Positions 18,475-28,424 of a stretch of DNA of 64,000 nucleotides are shown piece after piece (within the stretch, counting starts at the first letter, position 1; the number at the start of each line of letters is the position of its first letter). The notes under the pieces are model-generated. The model ran no database searches. It saw only the letters and a program-made list of their open reading frames with translations, and was not told where the DNA came from. The stretch covers positions 1,472,001 through 1,536,000 of the forward strand of contig CAXXYH010000004.1 in assembly GCA_963677925.2 (NCBI GenBank). Direction: 5' to 3'. This DNA is from Spirochaetia bacterium (GTDB taxonomy: Bacteria; Spirochaetota; Spirochaetia; UBA9216). A program made the position numbers and the translations under genes.

Positions 18475-19149
18475 ATGCGTATAATGATCATCGAAGACGA
18501 CCAGACTATAGCTGATTTCCTGAAAAAAGGACTTAAGGAAGCCGGATACACGGTTGAGCATTCACTTACAGGAGAGGACGGCCTGTCGATGCTGCAGAAC
18601 AGCGAGTTTGATGCCGCTGTAATTGATATCATGCTTCCGGGCATGGACGGGCTGTCTGTCATTGAACAGCTTCGCGGTACCGGCAATCATCTGCCTATCA
18701 TGGTTCTAAGCGCCAAACGCTCGGTCGACGACAGGGTTCTGGGGCTTCAGAAGGGAGGCGATGACTATCTGGTGAAGCCGTTTTCCTTTTCCGAACTGCT
18801 TGCCCGTCTTCAGGCCCTTCTTAGACGTTCGGCCATTAAGCCGGAAGCCACCCTGCTTGAATCATCCGGACTGTCGCTGAATATAGTTACCAGAGAGGTT
18901 ATCCGGGACGGGGAACATCTTGATCTCAATCCGAAAGAATTCTCGCTTCTTGAATATTTCATGCGCAACAAGGATGTGGTGCTGTCAAAAACCATGATTA
19001 TGGAGCACATCTGGAACTATGATTTTGATCCCCAGACCAATGTTGTTGATGTTCTTGTTTCAAGACTTCGAAGCAAGGTTGACCGGGAATCAGAAAAGAA
19101 ACTTATTCATACCATTCGCGGCGTAGGTTATGTTTTCCGGGATAAATAA
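18475..19149 (+). CDS. OmpR-family response regulator (CusR/CopR-like)
   Basis: IIEDD, DIMLPGMDG, GGDDYLVKPFSFSELLAR, DFDPQTNVVDVLVSRLRSKVD, HTIRGVGY. Confidence 0.96.
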   Translation: MRIMIIEDDQTIADFLKKGLKEAGYTVEHSLTGEDGLSMLQNSEFDAAVIDIMLPGMDGLSVIEQLRGTGNHLPIMVLSAKRSVDDRVLGLQKGGDDYLVKPFSFSELLARLQALLRRSAIKPEATLLESSGLSLNIVTREVIRDGEHLDLNPKEFSLLEYFMRNKDVVLSKTMIMEHIWNYDFDPQTNVVDVLVSRLRSKVDRESEKKLIHTIRGVGYVFRDK

Positions 19150-20560
19150 AAGCATACGAGGCAATCTCAAGCTTACCGCCATCTTCGGTGCGGTTTTCTG
19201 GCTTACCGCAATAGTTCTATATCTTTTTGTTTTCATTTACATCTATACAACCCTCCGTCAGGAGGACCGCACCAGCCTTCAGGTCCGGCTTCTTGGATAC
19301 TGGGCCATTGAGCGCTCCGGTGGTCTGGATCTTTTAACCGGGAGTGTCGACGTTAATACCATACTTCCCGGAGAAGCGCCTTTTTTTGTGCGGATATCGG
19401 ACGAGTTCAACAGCACATACCTTCTTGAAACTCCTCAGCGCTGGGAGAGCTTCAATTTCAGCACACTTGAAAATGATCCGCCCGATCCGGGCAGCTTCAA
19501 GGTACTGCGCTCTCCCTCGCACAAGTATATCCTGGAGGCAGGCACCATCAGGCTGTCCGACGGCTATTTTCTTCAGGTCGGCATAAGCGATGAAACCCGG
19601 CGCCGGATTATGGAGATGCTGTCAAAAAGCTTTGTAGCCGCCTTTCTGGTGCTTATTTTTGTAAGCTTTGCGGCGGGATTTTTCATTTCATACCGTTACC
19701 TCAAACCGGTCAGACGGCTTGAATCGACAGTAGCCGATATCATAATGACCGGGAAAATCCAGCGGCGTATTGAAATCGAAACAAACGGCAGCGAGCTGAA
19801 TGAACTGTCTCTGTCATTTAACCGGATGCTTGAAAGAATAGAAAACCTTGTGAACGGGATGAAGGGTGCCCTTGATACTGTTGCCCATGATTTGCGGACG
19901 CCGATCACAAGGTTCAGGATGATTGCAGAACAGGCTTTAAGCCTATCAGGCGGATACTCCGCTGATCCGGAAATGCTTCAGACCGCACTTGAAAAAGCAG
20001 TCGAGGAATCCGACACCCTGCTTCGGATGATGAGTATGCTGATGGATATATCCGAGGCGGAAACCGGAACCCTGCGCCTGAATCTCAGCCGTTTTGCACC
20101 GCTTGATGTTCTTCGCGAGGCAATCGATGTCTATTCCATTCTGGCTGAGGAGCGCGGGATGCGGATAACAATTTCAGATGACAGCTGGGACGGAGACATT
20201 ACAGCAGATCAGGACCGCTTCAGGCAGGTTGCGGGTAACCTTCTTGATAATGCGGTGAAATACGGCAAAACCGGCGGTGAAGTTCTGGTGTCTGTAGCCA
20301 CGGTTTCAGATGAAGCAGTTATCTCTGTTAAAGATGACGGGGAAGGAATTGCCGAAGAGGATGTTTCGAGAATATGGGAACGCCTGTACAGGGGGAAATC
20401 CTCCATGAACGGTCTCGGTCTGGGGCTTAGCCTTGTTAACGCTATAGTTACCGCACACGGCGGCCGGGCAGAAGTGTTCAGTACTCCGGGGCAGGGTTCA
20501 GATTTCAGGGTGATATTCCCGCTTAAAACAACGGACAATAATTTACAAGATACTGACTGA
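19130..20560 (+). CDS. Membrane sensor histidine kinase (2 TM, HAMP, HisKA, HATPase)
   Basis: ELNELSLSFNRML, VAHDLRTP, NLLDNAVKY, DDGEGI, GLGLGLSLV; overlaps the regulator. Confidence 0.95.
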   Translation: MFSGINKSIRGNLKLTAIFGAVFWLTAIVLYLFVFIYIYTTLRQEDRTSLQVRLLGYWAIERSGGLDLLTGSVDVNTILPGEAPFFVRISDEFNSTYLLETPQRWESFNFSTLENDPPDPGSFKVLRSPSHKYILEAGTIRLSDGYFLQVGISDETRRRIMEMLSKSFVAAFLVLIFVSFAAGFFISYRYLKPVRRLESTVADIIMTGKIQRRIEIETNGSELNELSLSFNRMLERIENLVNGMKGALDTVAHDLRTPITRFRMIAEQALSLSGGYSADPEMLQTALEKAVEESDTLLRMMSMLMDISEAETGTLRLNLSRFAPLDVLREAIDVYSILAEERGMRITISDDSWDGDITADQDRFRQVAGNLLDNAVKYGKTGGEVLVSVATVSDEAVISVKDDGEGIAEEDVSRIWERLYRGKSSMNGLGLGLSLVNAIVTAHGGRAEVFSTPGQGSDFRVIFPLKTTDNNLQDTD

Positions 20561-20602
20561 ATAATCCAATCCAATTGACAAAGGTCGTATTATAATTTTC
20601 TC

Positions 20603-23422
20603 ATGGGAAGATATGTACGAATTATTGCCTGCAGTGTACTGGACAGTGAGCTTAAGGCTGCGGCCGAAAGAGCAGGCGTTACAATAGATGAAGAATACCT
20701 TGAAGCTGGACTGCATGAGCAGCCTCACGTGCTTCACTCTGAGCTTCAGGCCGCGATTGACCGGGCAGAAGAGCTGAAAAATGAAGGCCGCAATTATGAT
20801 GCGCTTGTCATAGGCTACGGCCTCTGCGGCCGGGGAACAACCGGCATTACTGCAGGCAGCATACCGCTTATCATTCCGAGGGTTCATGACTGCATTGCCA
20901 TGTTTCTGGGCTCCGACAAGAGATACCGAAAGCAGTTTGCCGGGAATCCCGGCACTTTTTATATGACCCGGGGCTGGTATGACTATAAAACCCAGCCGAT
21001 GGCGGTAAAAAAGCGCGGAGACCGCCCGGTTGAGGGCAACTGGGATATAAGCGCCGGATTCGATTCAATAAAGAGGAAATACGGCAGGGATAATGCCGAA
21101 GAAATATACTCGTTTCTTAATTCATGGAAGAAGAACTACACCCGGTCGGTTTTTATCGAGACCGGAACAGAGAAAAGCAACGAATATGAGGATTATACCA
21201 GAGACCTTGCAGATGAACTGGGCTGGAAGTTTGAAAGGGTAAAGGGCAGTGACCACCTCTTTCTGCGTATGCTGATGACCGAATCAACCGATGATGAGAT
21301 TCTTGTTGTTCCCCCGGGACATATAACCGCCTTTGATCCTCTTAAATACGGACTTTATTCATATGATCCCGGCAGCGGCAGCAAAAAGCTCTGGGATCGT
21401 CCGGTACCGGGCACTGAAGCCTCTTTAGAGGATAGACCCGCAGCCCCGGCTGAATCCAGAGTCCGGGGGATAGGTCTTGGTATTGACGCCGGCGGAACCT
21501 ATACCGATGCTGTCATCTATGATTTCGGCCGCTGTAAAGTTCTTGCCCGGGCCAAGTCTCCCACAACAAGATGGAACTATACAATCGGCATCGTGGAAGC
21601 GGTTAAGAAGCTTCCTCCGAAACTGCTGCCTGAGATAATAATAACCGTTGTTTCAACCACTCTGGCCACCAACGCAATAGTTGAAAATGCCGGCCAGAAA
21701 GTAGGACTGCTTCTTATGCCGCTGGGGGATGCGACAGCAAAACAGATCTCACACTCGCCGTACAGAATAGTAAAGGGAAGGCTGTCGATTCAGGGTGATG
21801 AACTTGAAGCGGTTGATGTTCAGCAGATCAAGGCGGCTGCCTCCGAACTTGTCAAAAATGAACAGGTAGGCTCCTTTGCTGTTTCCGGCTACGGGAGCAC
21901 GGTTAACCCTGCCCATGAGCTGCAGATAAAGAAAATCCTAGAGGATGAAACCGGTCTGGGTGTCTGCTGCGGTCATGAACTGTCCAGCACGCTTAATTTC
22001 TTTGTGAGGGCAAATACTGCTGTTCTCAACGCCGGAATCATTCCCCTTCTTGAACAGTTTATAAAGGAGCTGCAGACAGCCCTGACGGAGCTTCAGATAT
22101 CAGGCTCTGTTATGATAGTCCGCGGCGACGGCTCGCTTATGAGCTGCGCACGGGCGGTTGAGCACCCGATTGAAACTACGCTTTCAGGCCCGGCTGCAAG
22201 TATCGCCGGTGCAAGATTCCTATCCGGAAGTGCCGATGCCCTTGTAATCGATGTGGGCGGAACAACCTCTGATATAGGCCTTATTAAAAATGGTGTAATA
22301 AGGCTGACCGAAGAGGGTGCCAGAGTCGGCAGGTGGAAGACCCACATCAAGGCTGTGGACATGGCGACCCTGGGTACCGGCGGCGACAGCAGGATTGTTA
22401 TCGACAGCAGGGAGCTGAAAACCGGTCCGCGGCGTGTTGCTCCTGTCGGAAGAGTTTTTGAAATTTCGGGTCATGAAGATACTGTGGAATATATCAGCAG
22501 CCTTCAGTACGACTACTTTGTAAACACCGCCCCGATGGAGATCCTTTCCCTGACCGGCCGAAAGCCTGAATTTGAACTTACAAAAGAAGAAACTGCTATA
22601 ATTGATATTCTTTCAGAGCGTCCGTTTTCGGTAATGGAGCTTTCTCACCGGATAAATCACGGACTATGGAAAATTCTTAACACAGCAAGACTTGAGACCT
22701 CGGCAGTTATTCTGCGCTACGGTCTTACTCCGACAGACCTGCTTACAGCTTCAGGCGATGTAAGCCTCTGGCCTGCTGAAATTTCAAAGCAGATTCTGGA
22801 GCTGTATTCTGAAATATGGGGAACCGAACCTGATGTTTTCACAGCAGATGTATTTAAGTCTGTAACCGATAATCTTCTGCGAACCCTTGTTATTCAGGAG
22901 CTCGATATACCCGGAGATGAGGCTGAAAACCTCTCAGGTAACGCCACTTTTAGAAACCTTCTTTCAAGGCTTAAGGGCGGCTCAAGAGCTCTCGCGCTGA
23001 CGCCGTCCCTGAAGACCGACTTGATCGGTGTAGGTGCTGCGGCAGGATGGCTTTTAAAAGGTCTGTCTGAACTGCTTGGCTCCCAGCTTGTTATTCCCGA
23101 CGATGCAGATGTTGCAAACGCCGTAGGAGCTGTGTGCAGCATGGTTTCGGTCCGCAGGGATGCTTCGGTCACCCCGGCTTCGGGAGGCGGTTTCCTTGTA
23201 AACGGTACCGGCGAGCTGAAACAGTTCGATGACTATGACGAGGCCTGTGACTATCTGGAGGAAAAACTGGCTGGAGTCATAAGGACGGACGCTGCAGCCG
23301 CCGGAACAGCTGAAACCGGTATCAAATGGAGTGTTGAAAACCGTATTTCAGCAACCAGCGACGGAACCAGTGTCTTTCTCGGCCGCGAGTATACGGTAGA
23401 AATTACCGGCCTTCCTGTTTGA
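20603..23422 (+). CDS. DUF1638 domain fused to hydantoinase/oxoprolinase A-type ATPase domain
   Basis: N-term IIACSV, GLHEQP, GYGLCGRG, PRVHDCIAMFLG, PGTFYMTRGW; C-term GIDAGGTYTDAV, STTLATNAIVE, NPAHE, SGPAAS, DVGGTTSDIG, GTGGDS, VANAVGA. Confidence 0.88.
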   Translation: MGRYVRIIACSVLDSELKAAAERAGVTIDEEYLEAGLHEQPHVLHSELQAAIDRAEELKNEGRNYDALVIGYGLCGRGTTGITAGSIPLIIPRVHDCIAMFLGSDKRYRKQFAGNPGTFYMTRGWYDYKTQPMAVKKRGDRPVEGNWDISAGFDSIKRKYGRDNAEEIYSFLNSWKKNYTRSVFIETGTEKSNEYEDYTRDLADELGWKFERVKGSDHLFLRMLMTESTDDEILVVPPGHITAFDPLKYGLYSYDPGSGSKKLWDRPVPGTEASLEDRPAAPAESRVRGIGLGIDAGGTYTDAVIYDFGRCKVLARAKSPTTRWNYTIGIVEAVKKLPPKLLPEIIITVVSTTLATNAIVENAGQKVGLLLMPLGDATAKQISHSPYRIVKGRLSIQGDELEAVDVQQIKAAASELVKNEQVGSFAVSGYGSTVNPAHELQIKKILEDETGLGVCCGHELSSTLNFFVRANTAVLNAGIIPLLEQFIKELQTALTELQISGSVMIVRGDGSLMSCARAVEHPIETTLSGPAASIAGARFLSGSADALVIDVGGTTSDIGLIKNGVIRLTEEGARVGRWKTHIKAVDMATLGTGGDSRIVIDSRELKTGPRRVAPVGRVFEISGHEDTVEYISSLQYDYFVNTAPMEILSLTGRKPEFELTKEETAIIDILSERPFSVMELSHRINHGLWKILNTARLETSAVILRYGLTPTDLLTASGDVSLWPAEISKQILELYSEIWGTEPDVFTADVFKSVTDNLLRTLVIQELDIPGDEAENLSGNATFRNLLSRLKGGSRALALTPSLKTDLIGVGAAAGWLLKGLSELLGSQLVIPDDADVANAVGAVCSMVSVRRDASVTPASGGGFLVNGTGELKQFDDYDEACDYLEEKLAGVIRTDAAAAGTAETGIKWSVENRISATSDGTSVFLGREYTVEITGLPV

Positions 23423-24719
23423 GAGGAGCCTCTTTCCGGGGCTGACTTTCCATCCCGAGTGCCAGAAACAGCACTATTACGGGCAGCACCGCAGCAATAA
23501 CGGCTCCGTATCTGAGTGCTCCGGTTACATCGTTTATAAAAGACATGAAAACCGGGCCCAGGGAGCTTGCAATAACACCGGCTGAGACCAGCACTCCGTT
23601 AATAGAGCCCAGATGCTTTCTGCCGAAATAGGCGGGCATGGCCGTTGCATTAACAGGTCCGAACATTGAAGAGCCCAGCCCCAGCCCCGCTATAGTCATT
23701 ATGAAGCCCGCATGGGTATTAAAAAAGAAAAGCGATATAAACCCGATTACCTGCCCGGCAAGCATAAAAAACACAATATACTTGATCTTTATTCTGTCGC
23801 TGAGCCAGGAACCCAGAAAACTGAGCGGAATAGAAATAAATGATATCGGCAGAAAGATGGATACCGTCTTTTCGATGGATAAACCCGATTGAATGCCCAG
23901 AGCCTGGATGTGAAATGTTATACCTGTGAAAACGAAGGAGTGAATGGATACCGCAGCTGCAATTACCCAGAAGGCCCTTGTCCGCAAAGCTTCTTTAAGC
24001 GGTGTTCCGTCTACAACCAGGGGTTTACTGTCGCTTGAGCCCTCAACGTGGATCCCGCAGGCCTCCGGACTGTCCCTGTAGAAAAGCAGAGCAAGCAGTG
24101 TCATTCCCAGTCCGACAGTTATTGCCAGAAGCATCCATGCATTTTTCCAGCCTGCCGCATTGACTATCGAATTAAGCACTGCAGGAGCAGAGGCAAAGGC
24201 CAGACTGTTGAATACTCCTACTACTGCAATCGCTTTTCCCCTGGATCTGCTGAACCATCTTGATACCATTGTATTTGAGGTCATACTCATCAGCCCCTGT
24301 CCGAAAAATCTTATACCGAAGAGTCCGGGAACAAGGAGGATAATATAGATTACTGCTGAGGGCGCATCAGGAAAGAGTCCCATGAGCCAGGCTGCGTTTA
24401 AATCAATTCTGCTTAAAAGAAAGAGCACAAGTCCAAGCCCTATCGTTGCAAAACCCATGAAGTATCGGGCTCCGAAACGGTCCAAAAGCGGACCCATAAA
24501 GGGAAGTATGAAGCCGCTTGTTATGGTTCCGGCCATATATGCGAAGGAAAGCTGGGTTCGTCCCAGTCCCGACAGAGCCAGAACAGGCTCTGTAAATGCG
24601 CTGAATCCGGCGGTCTGGCCGGGGAGAGTCATTATTACACCTATAACTGCTGCCGGAACTACTATCCAGCCGTAATAGAAAGGTACTCTTTGTGCAAGGT
24701 TCAATTTATTCTGATTCAT
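23403..24719 (-). CDS. MFS transporter
   Basis: About 12 TMs; FYYGWIVV, PGQT, GPLLDRFGAR, RWFSRSRGKA, YFGRKHLGSING. Confidence 0.93.
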   Translation of the reverse strand: MNQNKLNLAQRVPFYYGWIVVPAAVIGVIMTLPGQTAGFSAFTEPVLALSGLGRTQLSFAYMAGTITSGFILPFMGPLLDRFGARYFMGFATIGLGLVLFLLSRIDLNAAWLMGLFPDAPSAVIYIILLVPGLFGIRFFGQGLMSMTSNTMVSRWFSRSRGKAIAVVGVFNSLAFASAPAVLNSIVNAAGWKNAWMLLAITVGLGMTLLALLFYRDSPEACGIHVEGSSDSKPLVVDGTPLKEALRTRAFWVIAAAVSIHSFVFTGITFHIQALGIQSGLSIEKTVSIFLPISFISIPLSFLGSWLSDRIKIKYIVFFMLAGQVIGFISLFFFNTHAGFIMTIAGLGLGSSMFGPVNATAMPAYFGRKHLGSINGVLVSAGVIASSLGPVFMSFINDVTGALRYGAVIAAVLPVIVLFLALGMESQPRKEAPLKQEGR

Positions 24720-24730
24720 ATTCCCTGATT

Positions 24731-24779
24731 ATTACTAAATTGTAATGTTTCTGCAATGCTGGTGTAAGGTTACTGTTAT
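24731..24779 (+). promoter_or_regulatory. OmpR-family (CopR/CusR-type) binding array upstream of degP
   Basis: ATTACTAAATTGTAAT inverted repeat (24731-24746) plus TGTAAT/TGCAAT/TGTAAG/TGTTAT at 24741, 24752, 24763, 24774 (11-bp period). Confidence 0.6.
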
Positions 24780-24862
24780 AACTTATTATCAGAAATTAAC
24801 ACTGCAGGTTGAGGTTGAAGCAGCGAACTGCCGAAATGTCAGCCAATAAACAGGAGCGAAAA

Positions 24863-26326
24863 ATGGAAAACAGAAAAGGAAACAAAAAACTTCTTATTGT
24901 TTCAGCAGTGATACTTATAAGTCTGGTTTCTGCTGGAACAGTCTTTGCACAGAGAACCGGTTCAGTCGGAAGCAGTTCAACTTCCAGTTATGATGTGGCT
25001 GCGGCCTATCAGCAGAGTTTCAGAGACGTTGCGAGTGAGACTCTGCCGGTAGTCGTGGAAGTGAATGTTGTAAATGTCGTAAAGACTCAGGCTCTTCCTG
25101 ATGCCTTTAATTTTTTCTTCGGCAATCAGGACCAGAACAATCAGAACAGTCAGCCACGTGAATACAGACAGCAGGGCCTGGGGTCCGGTGTAATTGTACG
25201 GCATGACGGCAGCAAGGGATATATTCTTACAAATCACCATGTTGTCAACGGCGCGGATGAGATTCAGGTCACTCTATATGACGGCCGTGAATACGACGCG
25301 GAACTTGTCGGAAGTGATCCGAGACGTGACCTTGCTCTTATTAAAATTGAAACCAGGGAAGATCTGCCTGTCGCAGTCCTCGGAGATTCGGATGATCTCT
25401 ATGTAGGTGACTGGGTGTTTGCGGTCGGAAATCCCATGGGTTTTGAATCTACATTTACAGCGGGTATTGTCAGCGCTGTAGGCCGGGAATCTGATGAGAT
25501 AATTCAGGGCGGAAGTTTTACAGACTATATCCAGACTGATGCAGCTATCAATCCGGGCAACAGCGGAGGAGCGCTTGTAAACCTGAAAGGTGAGGTTATC
25601 GGCGTCAATTCATGGATTGCTACCCAGTCCGGCGGAAGCCAGGGGCTTGGATTCGCAATACCTATAAACAATGCCAAGAAGGCTATCAATGATTTCATTG
25701 AATCCGGCAGCGTGACTTACGGATGGCTCGGTGTAAATGTAAGAGATATTAGCGACGACAGCAAGGACAGTCTTGACCTCAAAGGAATAGACGGAGCCTT
25801 CATAAATGATGTGTTTATTAATTCCCCTGCTGAGGATGGCGGTCTTCTTCCAGGCGATTTTATAACAAAGGTTAACAACAGAGAAGTAAGCAACAGGAAT
25901 GACCTTGTAAAGATTATCGGAAACCTTGAACCTGACCGATGGACTACTTTCGAACTTTACAGGGACGGCAAGAAACAGAATGTCAGTCTTAAGATCGGCA
26001 GACGTGATGATGAGAAGAACATTGCGGATGACGGAAGCATAAATGTGTGGCCCGGACTGACAGTAGTTGAAGCAACAGATGAAGTCAGACAGTCACTGAA
26101 TCTTGATACCAACAAGGGAAGCGTCGTTGTTGCCAATGTTACAAAGGGAAGCCCTGCAGAAACGGCCGGACTCAGACCCGGGGATATTATACTCCGAGTT
26201 GACAATGACCGGATTAAGGACCTTGGCGAGTTCTACAGCAAAATGAATGATTCTGAAGATTCTGAAGTAATGCTGAGAGTTTACCGCGGTAACAGAGAGG
26301 CTATCATCGGGATAGTCAAGGATTAG
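24863..26326 (+). CDS. degP: Do/DegP/HtrA periplasmic serine protease with two PDZ domains
   Basis: GLGSGVI, LTNHHVV, DLALIKI, IQTDAAINPGNSGGAL, two PDZ domains. Start moved to ATG 24863 behind SD CAGGAG. Confidence 0.95.
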   Translation: MENRKGNKKLLIVSAVILISLVSAGTVFAQRTGSVGSSSTSSYDVAAAYQQSFRDVASETLPVVVEVNVVNVVKTQALPDAFNFFFGNQDQNNQNSQPREYRQQGLGSGVIVRHDGSKGYILTNHHVVNGADEIQVTLYDGREYDAELVGSDPRRDLALIKIETREDLPVAVLGDSDDLYVGDWVFAVGNPMGFESTFTAGIVSAVGRESDEIIQGGSFTDYIQTDAAINPGNSGGALVNLKGEVIGVNSWIATQSGGSQGLGFAIPINNAKKAINDFIESGSVTYGWLGVNVRDISDDSKDSLDLKGIDGAFINDVFINSPAEDGGLLPGDFITKVNNREVSNRNDLVKIIGNLEPDRWTTFELYRDGKKQNVSLKIGRRDDEKNIADDGSINVWPGLTVVEATDEVRQSLNLDTNKGSVVVANVTKGSPAETAGLRPGDIILRVDNDRIKDLGEFYSKMNDSEDSEVMLRVYRGNREAIIGIVKD

Positions 26327-26362
26327 GAAAACACACAAGGACAGTGTTTTATATAGTTTTTT

Positions 26363-26482
26363 CGGGCGGCCCGTCCCCCTCCATACAGTTTTCTCCTTAA
26401 CGGGGCGCCCGGGTTTCATTAATTCTCCTTCTAAATATACCGGCGGATGAGCAAGTTTTGTTCTTCCGCCGGTCCCTTTTTT
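26363..26482 (+). ncRNA. Candidate structured degP 3'-UTR RNA with C/U-rich anti-SD loops
   Basis: Stem CGGGCGGCCCGT (26363-26374)/ACGGGGCGCCCG (26400-26411) enclosing CCCCCTCC and TTCTCCTT; third TTCTCCTTCT in the linker; then the terminator. Confidence 0.35.
26439..26482 (+). terminator. Intrinsic terminator downstream of degP
   Basis: ACCGGCGGATGAGCAA/TTGTTCTTCCGCCGGT hairpin followed by CCCTTTTTT. Confidence 0.75.
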
Positions 26483-26550
26483 ATAAGCATGACTGATGCA
26501 AGAATGTACAAAACAGCCAATAAAATGCAGAATACGCCTGAGGTGACAAT

Positions 26551-28026
26551 ATGGCTGATGATTATAAAGATATTCCGGTTCTCCGGGCTGCAGACAGATA
26601 TTCTGATGAAGTTAAGGCAAGTTTCCGTATTCCGGGGCACCGGGCGGAAAGAGGTATCCCTGAACCCTTCAACAGGGCTGCAGAATCAGGATTTTTCAGG
26701 CTTGATCTTACAGAAACCCCTCTGACAGACGACCTGCACAGTCCTGAGGCCGCTATTGCAGAAGCTCAGAAGCTTGCTGCCGAAGCCTTCGGTGCAGGAC
26801 ACAGTTTTTTTCTGATTAACGGTTCAAGCTGCGGAAACGAATCGATGATCATGGCTGCAGCCGGTGAGGGTGAGAAAATCATCATCCCCCGGAACTCTCA
26901 TAAATCTGTAATGTACGGGCTGATATTCTCCGGAGCTGATCCTGTATACGTTAAGCCTGAATATAATGCAGAATTCAGTCTCTACTGCGGAATGCTTCCG
27001 CAGACGGTAAAGACCGCACTTGATGCCAATCCCGACTCAAAGGCCGTATTCGCCCTAAGTCCCACCTACCACGGCTTCTGCAGTGATTTAAAGGGTCTTT
27101 CAGGTGTCGCCCATGAAAAAGGCATTCCTGTGCTTGTAGATGAGGCTCACGGGGTTCATTACTACTTCAGCAGCAGAATGCCCGCCGGAGCTCTTGAGCT
27201 TGGCGCAGACGCCTGCGTCCAGAGCATTCACAAGACTGCGGGAGCCATGACTCAGGCGTCCATCCTTCATCTTGCAGAAAATTCCAATCTATCATATGAA
27301 CGGCTGAACTCCGCTCTTCGAATGACACAGAGCACAAGCCCCTCGTATCCGCTGATGATCAGTATCGATGCCGCCCGGTGGCAGCTGCAGCAGTCAGGCG
27401 AAGCGGATTGGGATTTTGCCTGTGAAAATTCTGAGTTTATAAAGGAACAGATTAAGAGTTCAGGCGTGTTCAAGTTTATATCTATGGAGATGACAGGCAG
27501 CAGGGGTATTACTGCAATGGACCCATGCAGGGTTATCATCAATACAGCCGCATCCGGAATAAACGGATATGATATGCGCAGAATCCTCTGGGATGATTAC
27601 CGGATAGATGTTGAATACGCTGATGATGCCAATATTCTGGCCATAGTGAGCCCCTACAGCAGCAGGAAGGAGGCTGAAGTTTTTGTAGACGCATTAAAAA
27701 ATATTGCAGCTGATCCGCAGATAAAAAGGCAGAAGGGCAGTGCAGAAAAGACTGTTATGCCCGAAATTCCGGAGGCTGTTTTAACGCCGCGAAAGGCCTG
27801 GTTTTCTCCGAAAAAGCAGGTTTCATTTGAGCAGGCGAGGGGTGCTGTTTCGGGAGAGATGATAGCTCCCTATCCGCCGGGAATTCCTGTGATTTATCCG
27901 GGTGAGGTGATAACAGATGAGATCTTTGAGTTTATAAAGCAGCTTAAGGCTGGAAAAAGACACTTTCACGGTCCGGCAGATCCGAGCCTTGATACTCTGA
28001 ATATTATTTCAGATAATGTAAACTAA
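26551..28026 (+). CDS. Orn/Lys/Arg decarboxylase family PLP enzyme (wing-less, Bacillus SpeA/YaaO-like)
   Basis: PGH, DDLHSPE, LINGSS, PRNSHKS, SPTYHG, VDEAHG, QSIHKT (PLP Lys), STSPSY, PYPPGIP. Confidence 0.92.
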   Translation: MADDYKDIPVLRAADRYSDEVKASFRIPGHRAERGIPEPFNRAAESGFFRLDLTETPLTDDLHSPEAAIAEAQKLAAEAFGAGHSFFLINGSSCGNESMIMAAAGEGEKIIIPRNSHKSVMYGLIFSGADPVYVKPEYNAEFSLYCGMLPQTVKTALDANPDSKAVFALSPTYHGFCSDLKGLSGVAHEKGIPVLVDEAHGVHYYFSSRMPAGALELGADACVQSIHKTAGAMTQASILHLAENSNLSYERLNSALRMTQSTSPSYPLMISIDAARWQLQQSGEADWDFACENSEFIKEQIKSSGVFKFISMEMTGSRGITAMDPCRVIINTAASGINGYDMRRILWDDYRIDVEYADDANILAIVSPYSSRKEAEVFVDALKNIAADPQIKRQKGSAEKTVMPEIPEAVLTPRKAWFSPKKQVSFEQARGAVSGEMIAPYPPGIPVIYPGEVITDEIFEFIKQLKAGKRHFHGPADPSLDTLNIISDNVN

Positions 28027-28124
28027 AGTATTTTTTGGGTGGATAGCATGATATGCTTAATGGGATATCCATAAAAATGCTTCAGCGGTTTTGAAATAAT
28101 AATAAAGAGAGGTATATTACATCA

Positions 28125-28424
28125 ATGATGGATTTGAATGATTTTACAAGAGTTGAAGGTGAGAAGAATGATAAGGAGCTTGTTTTCCTGGGGCTCTCAA
28201 CATGCGGATTCTGCAGAAAGGCGAAGACTTTTCTGAATGAAGGGAATTATGCCTATCATTTTGTAGATGTGGATAAACTGGACAGGGATGAGAGAATGAA
28301 GATTAAGGATGAGATTAAAAAGAGATTTACACCTGATATTCTCTATCCTTTTCTTATAGTTAACGATGATCATTACATTTCGGGTTTCAAACAGGCCGAC
28401 TGGGAAAAGGAGCTGGACACCTGA
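28125..28424 (+). CDS. Glutaredoxin-like protein
   Basis: LSTCGFC active site, YPFLIV, ISGF. Confidence 0.9.
   Translation: MMDLNDFTRVEGEKNDKELVFLGLSTCGFCRKAKTFLNEGNYAYHFVDVDKLDRDERMKIKDEIKKRFTPDILYPFLIVNDDHYISGFKQADWEKELDT

Noticed and set aside
26093-26419. Minus-strand 108-aa ORF with a perfect AAGGAG SD
   Set aside because: It runs antisense into degP with no recognisable protein features. The SD is the complement of the C/U-rich loop motif and is better explained by RNA structure, though not fully excluded.
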